A stretch of DNA of 40,240 bases. Origin: Octopus bimaculoides. Lineage: Eukaryota. The stretch covers positions 89,831,021 through 89,871,260 of the forward strand of contig NC_068984.1 in NCBI RefSeq assembly GCF_001194135.2, read 5' to 3'. The notes under the pieces are model-generated. The model saw only the letters and a list, made by a program, of their open reading frames with translations. It made no database searches and was not told the DNA's origin. The position numbers and the translations under genes are program-made. Positions 13,616 to 23,996 of the stretch are shown in pieces (positions within the stretch are counted from its first letter, which is position 1; each line of letters begins with the position of its first letter).

Positions 13616-14029
13616 AGGCGCAGGAGTGGCTGTGTGGTAAATAGCTTGCTTACCAACCACATGGTTCCGGGCTCAGTCCCACTGCGTGGCATCTTGGACA
13701 AGTGTCTTCTACTATAGTCTCGGGCCGACCAAAGCCTTGTGAGTGGATTTGATAGACGGAAACTGGAAAGAAGCCCGTCGTATATATGTATATACATATA
13801 TATATGTGTGTGTGTGTTTGTGCGTCTGTGTTTGTCCCCCTAGTATTGCTTGACAACCGATGCTGGTGTGTTTATGTCTCCGTCACTTAGCGGTTCGGCA
13901 AAAGAGACCGATAGAATAAGTACTAGGCTTACAAAGAATAAGTTCCGGGGTCGATTTGCTCGACTAAAGGCGGTGCTCCAGCATGGCCGCAGTCAAATGA
14001 CTGAAACAAGTAAAAGAGTAAAAGAGTAA
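13616..14029 (+). mobile_element. tRNA-derived bipartite SINE (family A), full length
   Basis: A box TGGCTGTGTGG, B box-like GGCTCAGTCCC, body, internal (TA)/(TG) microsatellite, 3' module GCTTGACAACCGATGCTGG...GGCGGTGCTCCAGCATGGCCGCAGTC, tail (TAAAAGAG)n. Near-identical to the copy at 17792. Confidence 0.88.
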
Positions 14030-15004
14030 TGCTTTACTGTTTAAATATGATGTTCTAGGTTTTGACCTTCTGTTGCCAGAAATATTATGGAATTAAGGTT
14101 ATAAGTGTAACAAGTAAGTCTTGTGACACGAATGTCTATCTCTAAGTGGCATAATTAAGGAATATAAAACTCAACCTGAACTTTTGAACAATATTCAAAA
14201 GAAGTAATATACTGCGGAAAGAACTATGAGTATATCATCTGCCGAAGATTAAAATCCAACATTGAGTAACCAGCACACTTTGAATTACTGAAGTTAATTA
14301 TCTGGGTGTGTCTTGAATTATTGTATTTAGTTCACTGCATTGTCTGTTTTGTTGATGAAGGTGTCGGTGAATCACTTTCAGATATTGTTTTGCCTTTACC
14401 AATATATGTATTTTTAGCAAAATCCATCAGCATTTTCCTGACTTGTTTTATACTACATTTTCCAACATACATTTTATTTTTGGTAACTTTTATCCACTTC
14501 CTGTCCAATATGCACTTGCTAAACAATATAGCTTAACTTCTTCCAACTTATAAGTACATGATATAGACTATTATCTGTATATTATTTGCGTAACTAATTC
14601 TGAATTGACAACTAAAGCAGAAAGATATAATGGAGAAAACGATATATAATTTACTGTTTCTAATCTAGTGCTTTATTGATCAAACTTCAAATCCGTTTAT
14701 TATCGATATTTCCTTTCGTTCTCTTGAGGTTGGTAAAATACGAATGTTACTAGTTTAGTTTCATTCGGTTGCGAGAAAAGAGAATGTAGCAAGTATCAAT
14801 ATGCTTTCAACTTGTTTATTGCAGCAATATTAGCTTTTCCATCAAAAGATATAAATATGTTTTAAAATATGCTTTTATATAATTTCAACCGCGTTACTTT
14901 CTATGATATTGAGTTCTATTTTTAAGCTACACTGTTCTGAAAAAATCGGATTTTTTTTCTACCTTTGAGTTTTCACGTATGTGTGATATAAGCAGGCAAG
15001 TGAC

Positions 15005-15047
<43 letters not shown>

Positions 15048-16397
15048 TACACACACACGCACGCACACGCGCACGCACTCAGACACACAGACGCACACAC
15101 ACACTTACGCACGCATGCGCGCACACGCACCCACACACCTACACACCCACACACCCACATACACATATGCTTGTTTCTGTCCACACGTACATGCATAATA
15201 GCACACAAAACATATATCGTATAGGGCACTACTTAAATTTCCTCGCAACGAAACAATTCGCGGCGAACATATAAACAGTGGCAAAAGCCATTCCAGCGGA
15301 AACAATTTATGTTCTCATATCTTTAATGACCCTAGAAGTCAAGTGTTATAAAATGTCATTTTCCCGTTCCTATGAATCTGAAGCACTGTGTAAAAGATTA
15401 ATAGAAAGTTAATAGACTGCTCTTTATCCAGACGTAATCCATTGCAATTTCTCAAATAAATGCTTTATTCTGATAAATAAAAAAAGTGCAGCAACTCCTG
15501 ACTTATGCATTTTTGTATCAGCGATCAAAGATTTTTACTTTAGGTATAAAGGAGTGGACCCTAAACATGATCTTTCTTCATGTGATGGTAGTTGCAGTAT
15601 AACGCTATAGTTAGCAACGTATTTTATGAATCTCACCATCATCAACTGTGACGGCCCTAAGAACTTTCTTCCTGGCTATATTGATTCGTCTCAGGATATT
15701 CATCCAAGAAAGACCTGTGTACTATGTTGTATTTTAGGCTTGTGGTTTTTAAACTGTGACTAAGCCTATCAGATTAATCTTTGTTTGTTATTTCACAAAA
15801 TACCCTAAGCCTCTGTGAAAGTCTTAAAAAGGAAATATATAATTTCACTGGTAACACCCACATTTGACAACTCATTTTCATAGCTAACTCTCAAAATGTA
15901 GTTGAACGTTTTGGTGAAATTCTTTTTCCTAGTAAAAAAAACAATTGTTTGCACTTAGTTGGCTCGTCACGAAGTAGTACCGACTACTCTTTCCATTGCG
16001 TAGTGTTAATGTTTATCATAGGGTACAAGGCGTAAAGTCTTTTTAAGGGTAGGTTTCTGCCAGATAAAACAGACATCGCGCAGCCTGTGCGTAGCATCTT
16101 AGGATGTTTCTCTTGAGAGGTGGAAACTTCTCTTTTAGCGCATGATTAATGACCCGGTAAATAAAGTCACTAAGCTATAGGAAGATTATACAAAATAAAG
16201 CCGTTAGACAATTCTTTCTTCTTCAGGCTAGAAATAGCGCACTTCAGTTTTATCTCCTCTTGCTAACATGCAAACCATGCATCCTAATCATATCTGGGAC
16301 ACAAATCCCTTATACTCTATAACCCATCACTGTTGTCCAGTAATACTGAGAAAACAGATGCCTCTGTATATGTAGAACACTCATACACACGCACTCT

Positions 16398-16430
16398 TTC
16401 TATCTCTATCTCTGCTTCTGCCTCTCTGTC

Positions 16431-16467
<37 letters not shown>

Positions 16468-16485
16468 GTCTCTGTCTCTGTCTCA

Positions 16486-16522
<37 letters not shown>
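16398..16522. repeat. compound (CT)/(CTGT)n microsatellite
   Basis: Direct reading of the sequence. Confidence 0.95.
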
Positions 16523-16524
<2 letters not shown>

Positions 16525-17380
16525 CTATCCACATCTCCGACTTAGATTCAAGTAACAGCGATATCCAGATACTCCCATTCCATTTATTTCTCCCCTATTT
16601 CTCAAAAGTCATTTACAGGTACCGCTGCCAAGAGTACTCCAGTCATCACGAAACAGTTACTTCCAATAAAGCTGTCTGTTAAAAATTGTCTCTCTAAAGC
16701 CATCATCCAAGCTGACTTCATTATATACTCTTTCTCGGTGTACTTACGTAAAACCTGCTGTTGTAACAGAAGTCAAATTAATTGCTGCTCTGAACTGTCT
16801 GCAATAGATATAAATTTTCTCTCTGTAACATTAACTGACATTCCGACCGTCCAGTAACCTTTGATCTGTTTTTCCAAACTCAGTCTTGACATTTCTCACC
16901 TCTATCATCCGATCATTGCCCAGTGAAGGTAACACATCTCACAACATTCTAACACATCTTTTGTTACAAACACTCTGGCACTTCATGTCAGGTAAGTGAT
17001 CTGAGTACAGTACGGACCGTTCTATATCGATTGGTTCTGACCGAAAATGTATCTGAGATAGCTGAGTCACCGAGACCAGCCACTTAGTCATGCCCTTCAT
17101 AAAACCAAAAGTCATAATTCCCACACACCAAGTGGTTGGTTATAACTATGTTGCAAAACATGCCAAAAACACCTTCTATAATATATGGAGGAAGTCAGCA
17201 ATCAGTGTCAAATGGGAAAGTTTTTACTCCTCACCACAATGATTCAAAGCAGTAGTTTTTAGAAATAGCTCTAATCTGGGAAAATTTGCAAAGGCCATCA
17301 ACATTGCTCCTACACTCCTAATTAACTCCTGAAAAGATTCGTTATGTTTAATGAGAAGAATAGGAGCCTGTTCTCCAGAG

Positions 17381-17384
<4 letters not shown>

Positions 17385-17474
<90 letters not shown>

Positions 17475-17482
17475 AGAGAGAG
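17385..17482. repeat. compound (TG)n(AG)n microsatellite
   Basis: Direct reading of the sequence. Confidence 0.95.
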
Positions 17483-17791
17483 AGGTTTTGCTATTGATGT
17501 TGTTTTCTAGAATAGATCAAATAAACATCAATTCTCAATTTAACAGTTCATATTTGGGATTGGGGTGCGTGTTTACACCAAGTCGTTAATCATAGTTAAC
17601 TTACATTTCCTCTTGTTCTCTGGAATGTTACACTTTTTCAGCTTAGTGAAGTGACAGCGTTTTTTAGAGATCCTACCCACATGCTTTAATATTTGATGTT
17701 TAGTGTGCAACTTTTTTTTTGGGAGGGGGGGGGTTGTAATGTAACTGTTCATAACCTTGCATATATCTTTATAAGTAACTATACTTATAAA

Positions 17792-18190
17792 GAGGAGTTG
17801 CTGTGTGGTAAGTAGCTTGCTTACCAACCACATGGTTTCGGGTTCAGTCCGGCAACTTGGGCAAGTGTCTTCTACTATAGCCTCGAGCCGACCAAAGCCT
17901 TGTGAGTGGATTTGGTAGACGGAAACTGAAAGAAGCCTGTCGTATATATGTATATATATGTGTGTGTGTGTGTGTTTGTGTGTCTGTGTTTGTCCCCTTA
18001 GCATTGCTTGACAACCGATGCTGGTGTGTTTATGTCCCCGTCACTTAGCGGTTCGGCAAAAGAGACCGATAGAATAAGTACTAGGCTTACAAAGAATAAG
18101 TCCCGGGGTCGATTTGCTCGACTAAAGGTGGTGCTCCAGCATGGCCGCAGTCAAATGACTGAAACAAGTAAAAGAGTAAAGAGTAAAGAG
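17792..18190 (+). mobile_element. SINE family A, full-length copy 2
   Basis: High similarity to 13616-14029 along its whole length, with a small deletion after the B box. TATACTT occurs on both flanks and may be a decayed TSD. Confidence 0.88.
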
Positions 18191-18767
18191 TATACTTTTA
18201 CAAAGTCCTTAACGGTGAATATACTTGATCAGACGGTACAAAAATGCTTCGCCTAACAGTAGATTTGGATCATCAAGTATCATGAACAGAAGGTAAACGT
18301 TCGAGGGGTGATCAGTTGTGCTAGACTTGTAAAAGCTGCTTGTAAATCTGTCAGAAGATAATGTCCATTTATCTTGATATTTCACTTATAATCCGTTGTA
18401 AACTAAATTGTAATTAGTGTAGAAGGATTCAATATCCACCAGCAATCTATCTGGCAGACGTTAAATCGCTCTACAATAATGAGAAGAGTGTGAAACAAAT
18501 TTACTCATTATATCATAAGTATTTTACTGTAGATATTCGTTGCTGTTGGTTTTTAAACTTCTCTGATAATGAAATTCTGATGGAGACAATAGTGAACCAC
18601 ATGACTTTAAAATATCACGATAAAATGAATCGCTATTGTAGCACATGGAGTCACCCCGTGATGGATTGAGCTTTGACGAAATTTCTTGAGACTGGGAAAG
18701 TTTATGTATAAAAAATCTAAAAGATTTTATTATAGGTTGCTGAATTACCAATTATTTAAGCTAGACC

Positions 18768-18802
<35 letters not shown>

Positions 18803-20572
18803 NNNNNNNNNNNNNNNNNNNNNNNNNNNNNNNNNNNNNNNNNNNNNNNNNNNNNNNNNNNNNNNNNNNNNNNNNNNNNNNNNNNNNNNNNNNNNNNNNN
18901 NNNNNNNNNNNNNNNNNNNNNNNNNNNNNNNNNNNNNNNNNNNNNNNNNNNNNNNNNNNNNNNNNNNNNNNNNNNNNNNNNNNNNNNNNNNNNNNNNNNN
19001 NNNNNNNNNNNNNNNNNNNNNNNNNNNNNNNNNNNNNNNNNNNNNNNNNNNNNNNNNNNNNNNNNNNNNNNNNNNNNNNNNNNNNNNNNNNNNNNNNNNN
19101 NNNNNNNNNNNNNNNNNNNNNNNNNNNNNNNNNNNNNNNNNNNNNNNNNNNNNNNNNNNNNNNNNNNNNNNNNNNNNNNNNNNNNNNNNNNNNNNNNNNN
19201 NNNNNNNNNNNNNNNNNNNNNNNNNNNNNNNNNNNNNNNNNNNNNNNNNNNNNNNNNNNNNNNNNNNNNNNNNNNNNNNNNNNNNNNNNNNNNNNNNNNN
19301 NNNNNNNNNNNNNNNNNNNNNNNNNNNNNNNNNNNNNNNNNNNNNNNNNNNNNNNNNNNNNNNNNNNNNNNNNNNNNNNNNNNNNNNNNNNNNNNNNNNN
19401 NNNNNNNNNNNNNNNNNNNNNNNNNNNNNNNNNNNNNNNNNNNNNNNNNNNNNNNNNNNNNNNNNNNNNNNNNNNNNNNNNNNNNNNNNNNNNNNNNNNN
19501 NNNNNNNNNNNNNNNNNNNNNNNNNNNNNNNNNNNNNNNNNNNNNNNNNNNNNNNNNNNNNNNNNNNNNNNNNNNNNNNNNNNNNNNNNNNNNNNNNNNN
19601 NNNNNNNNNNNNNNNNNNNNNNNNNNNNNNNNNNNNNNNNNNNNNNNNNNNNNNNNNNNNNNNNNNNNNNNNNNNNNNNNNNNNNNNNNNNNNNNNNNNN
19701 NNTATATATATATATATATATAACGATGACTTCCCTTTGCAAATACTGATAGGGTACAGATAGTGTGTCAATAGACAGCTGGAGGAGTTGTCTTCCTGGG
19801 GCTACAAGCTACAGTAGCATCAACTCTTACGGGTTAGCCACATTTAAGTGGCAAATATACTTCACGATATATATACGTGTACATATAAGTATAAATATTT
19901 ACATATATATATGTACAGGTGGATGTATGCATGTATGTGTATGTTTGTATTAATGTACATATGTATGCATGTACCCACGATTTGTACATCATCTGCATGC
20001 CGTCAGTTTCAGGATTTATTTTGTTTTTATTCGTCTATTTCTGGCATTTAATGACTGTCTTGCAAAATCTTAGAGTAAGTAGGTGGGTAATGTATTTCAG
20101 AGAATTTATTCCAGTTGTCTTATGAAAATGTTTGTTGATAAAACATTAAAACCTGCTTTCTTTTATGGTACATCACAAGCAACTGATAACATTGACCCTC
20201 TCCATAACTGGTTTTTATTTGCTTATGATATCTGATAAGTTCTCCTAATATCATAGTCTCATTTGAGACACCAGAATGAACTACGTTGTTTACTCCTGCA
20301 TTTTAATTATGATGGTGATGGTGCTAATGCTGAAACCATTTAGACTAACATGATTTAAGACCCAGTTCTTGTCACGTTGTTTTCGTGACAATTTAAACAT
20401 ACAGATTCCAAAGAAGATAACAGTCGCAATAAAAGATTAGCATAATTCTTTAAAACTGAGTAAGGAATTTAAAAATGCTCTTCTCGACATTTGGACTGTC
20501 GAGCTTCAACGGAGATAAAGTTGATCTTCACACCCAGAAATAACACTTGTTTCCATGCATATTTATGCATGT

Positions 20573-22554
20573 CATTATTCAGTTTATTTTAAGATTTATT
20601 TCCAATACAGAAAGAACCGGTTTCTAACCTAGATCCAAGGTTCCTTCATTGGAATTTCAACATCAACAACAAGGTATTTTTGTCTGTATGTATGTATGTA
20701 TTCTCATGCATATAGTTGCATATCTAGACATGCTCATGTATATTTAAATGCTAAACTTCTGGAAAGTTTTACAGATTTTTACAGTTCCAGTGATTAATTG
20801 GATCTGTAGTCTTCGAATTAGCTTTCTCCTTTCTGGTTTTGAGAAATCTAATTTCTCAAGATTGGTATTTAGGCAGTGTGTTACATATCTCAGGGCCCTA
20901 ATAATCACAGGTTTAAACATGAACTTGTAATCTGGATAGAGTAACTGCAGATTTCTCAATAGTTCAGCATAGGTGTTTTCTTTTTCACTGATCTTCAGCT
21001 TTATGTTAACATCCGCTGGGTAGCTAATTTCCACGACTCTGTACAATTTCTCTTCTCTATCCCAAATCATTATATCAGGTCTATTGTGCTTGCATTTTAT
21101 TGAGGTCTTCACTGGTACATTCCACCAGTAGTTTTTTTTTAGTATGAGTGGCTATGGCTTCTACAATATTATGGGGTTTTATTTTTTTATTCTCGAGATT
21201 ATCCTTCCGACGGATGTCATTAAAGAGTGTCTTAGCTACAACGTCATGTCACATCGGTAGATGATACCGTTATGACATTTTCAGACAACTGCTTATGGTG
21301 TGGGCAATATCTTCAGTGTGTACTCCACAAAGTCTGCATCGGTTGTCACATTTTACGGCTTTTCCCGCATCTCTATCCCTTTTGTGCATCAGGTACTTGG
21401 TTGATATTTCCTGTTCCTGGATTTCAAACGCATACCCTTCAAAGTGGGAGGTAGTAATCCGACTATTGGTACACAATAAACTGCTTTGATGATCGATGTT
21501 ATAATTATCACGGAGCTTTCTACTAACATATCCATGCATAGTCTTCTGCTCATATAGGCTCATCCTTTCATATGAGGATATGTTGCGGTAGAGTCGTGCG
21601 ACTTCTTTGAGCATGTAGTCTAGGTTATCAGACAAAGAGTGTTGCTCAAGGATCTGCCTTCCAAGTCTTATGATGTTATCTGCCTCATGTATGCAAACTT
21701 GGTCAAGGGATGCACTTCGACGCTTGGTGGTTAAAATATGTTGCCGAAGGGTTATGATGCAACATTCAAAGGCATTTTGGATTGATGTTAAGCTTTTGCC
21801 GCCTTGTTTACGTTTTAGGTAGAGGTGGTCTACGTCACTGTTTATGTGGAAATTATATGTGCTTGTTAGTATTTTTAGGGTTTTCAGATCAATGGCTCAG
21901 ATCTTATCACGCATCCAATCAAGCAACCGAAATGTTGGTATGGGTATTGGCACGGCAAACACATCGTAGGCCACTGTTTTATTGAATGCAGGGAGTTCTG
22001 AGGTTCAAATTTTCTCTATTCGGCTGTAATATTCTTTAGTGACACATGTTTTGTCACAGGTGCCATTGTAAGATATATTTTCATCCACCCCTAGATACCT
22101 GTGACATTTCTCGTCAGATAAAGGGGAAACAGTGAAATCATTGATGGAGATATAATTAGTCTGGTTTATAGTTTTCCCCTTCCCACAACCATATAACATT
22201 TATCCTGACCAAACTCTAACTCTGCATCCTTTGAGAATGTTGTAAATAGTTCATGGCTCTTTTTCATCTCATGCATATTCTTTGCATAATGTTTTAAGTC
22301 AACCACAAAGAAACAGTGTGTAATTTTGGTATTTCTGTTTCCGTGTGAACCAGTGAGATATCCTTCAGACTTCTGTAACATGAATGACAAGAGGTTTACA
22401 GAAATAATAAACAACATCACAGATAATACAGTCACTCTTTGTGTTTAATTCCAAATGGTAGCCCACGATGAAGTCAATTCAGCTATGGCTTTGACTATTC
22501 TCACTGGAACTTTAGCAAGTTGAAGGTCTTCTAGCATCCATGAGTGGGGAACAG
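20573..22554 (-). mobile_element. 5'-truncated R4/Dong-type retrotransposon (partial RT, CCHC knuckle, restriction-like endonuclease, 3' UTR)
   Basis: Minus-strand fragments in the expected order: TVPHSW (RT), LSVMLFIISVN...FFVVDLKHYA...FGQDKC (RT), YLGVDEN, CRLCGVHTEDIAHTISSC (CCHC), HNRPDIMIWDREEK...VVEISYPAD...EKENTY (RLE PD..E..K). Stop at 20744, then 3' UTR to about 20573. Confidence 0.9.
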
Positions 22555-22659
22555 TATGTATGTATGTATATGCAAGCGTCTGTGTGTATACGTGAATGCG
22601 GGCGTGTGCGTGTGTGCGCGCGCGTAAATGCGGGCGTTTGTGTGTGCATGTGTGTGTGC

Positions 22660-23242
22660 CATTATTCAGCTTTATTTCAGGATTTCTTGCCAATTGAGAA
22701 AGTGTCAGTTTCTAACCTAGATCCAAAGCTCCTTCATTGAAATTTCAACAATATCAACAGGGTATGTTTGTATGTACTTATGTATGCATGTCTGTCTGTC
22801 TGTCTGTATATATGTATGTATTTATGCATGTATGTATGTATGTATGTATGTATGCAGATTTGTATGTTTTATTTTGTGTGTATTCTCATGCATCTAGTTG
22901 CATATCTAGACATGCTCATTTATACTTAAGTGATAAACTTCTGGAAAGTTTTACGCATTTTTACAGTTCCAGTGAAGGTCTAAATCTGTAGTCTTCGAAT
23001 CAGCTTTCTCTTTTTTGGTTTTGAGAAGCCTAATTTCTCAAAATTGGTATTTAAGTAGTATATAACATATCCCAGTGCTCCAATAATTACAGGCATAAAT
23101 CTCCTAGCTACTGCATCATGTCTCATCGGTAGATATTACCGTGATGACATTCTCAGACAGCTGCTTATGATGTAGGTGATATCTTTGGTGTTAATTCCAC
23201 AAAGTCTGCATCGGTCATCACATTTTGCTGCTTTTCCTGCAT
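22660..23242 (-). mobile_element. second, internally deleted 3' fragment of the same R4/Dong family
   Basis: Aligns by eye to 20573-20918 (e.g. TTTCTAACCTAGATCCAA, CATATCTAGACATGCTCAT), then jumps to match 21230-21372 (TAGCTAC..TCATGTC.CATCGGTAGAT...CACAAAGTCTGCATCGGT). Confidence 0.9.
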
Positions 23243-23276
23243 ATATGTATGTATGTATGTATTTTGACCAGTGTAT

Positions 23277-23280
<4 letters not shown>

Positions 23281-23313
<33 letters not shown>

Positions 23314-23348
23314 GAGAGAGAGAGAGAGAGGGAGAGAGAGAGAGAGAC

Positions 23349-23380
<32 letters not shown>
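23281..23380. repeat. (AG)n/(ACAG)n microsatellite about 500 bp upstream of the VWA gene promoter
   Basis: Direct reading of the sequence. Confidence 0.95.
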
Positions 23381-23381
<1 letters not shown>

Positions 23382-23886
23382 TAGATATGCAGAAAGGATG
23401 AGGTGGGAAGAGTAGCGACAGAAATGGATATACCACTGGACTGTGTGAGGAAATTTTTAGCGGTGTTCTATTAATATGCAATGCAAGACGTATCTGTAAC
23501 AATTCAGGTCATAAAGCATTGTGTATTCTACTTGAAACCCACTCAAGTTACATACTGTGGTTTAGATGAAAGGAAAATAAATACGGGAAACTTCTCTTGC
23601 TATAAATAGGAATAAATAATTGAGAAAAAGATTCTGTACAAATAATTGAGTGGGTGGACAATCCTAAATTCGTTAGGGTTTTTGAATACTATAGACATTC
23701 CACTGCACACGATGCTACCATTCCCATTAACTTTCCCTTGTACTTTGTGTCATTTCTATAATGTTAAAAATCCAACACCCGGAAACACTTAGAATTCATT
23801 AGAAATTTACTTCCTTAGTGATTCCCACTGATTATTATAAATAGATACACAGTTGAATAAAACTGCCAAAACGTTTCTATAAAGAA

Positions 23887-23917
23887 TATAAAGTACATTC
23901 AAATACCAATACTCAGT
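23887..23917 (+). promoter_or_regulatory. TATA box (TATAAAG, 23887) with Inr-like TCAGT (23913-23917) for the VWA gene
   Basis: The TATA T to Inr A spacing is 28 nt, and the Inr sits about 35 nt upstream of the ATG. Further TATA-like motifs at 23836 (TATAAATA) and 23878 make the exact TSS uncertain. Confidence 0.5.
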
Positions 23918-23948
23918 AATCTGCATTGAAGAAGACTTTAGCGAGAAA

Positions 23949-23996
23949 ATGAATTCTATTAACATTTGGGTTATTGCAGTCATTTCTTTAATATTG
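23949..23996 (+). CDS. exon 1 coding part: signal peptide n/h region MNSINIWVIAVISLIL
   Basis: ATG at 23949 in context GAAAATG, 16 mostly hydrophobic codons, then a consensus donor TTG|GTAAGT at 23997 (phase 0). It lies just downstream of a TATA/Inr pair. Confidence 0.8.

Noticed and set aside
13616-13700. tRNA-like A/B boxes here and at 17792 and 29702
   Set aside because: They are SINE heads fused to SINE bodies and do not form a full cloverleaf, so they are not tRNA genes.
14306-14536. Overlapping antisense ORFs 14306-14536(+) and 14332-14526(-)
   Set aside because: Short, with no domain motifs or splice support; expected by chance in AT-rich DNA.
16530-16920. Possible very degraded RTE-type LINE on the minus strand
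   Set aside because: Only faint similarity (YNE...DDGF, WE..D) with many stops; not defensible by eye.
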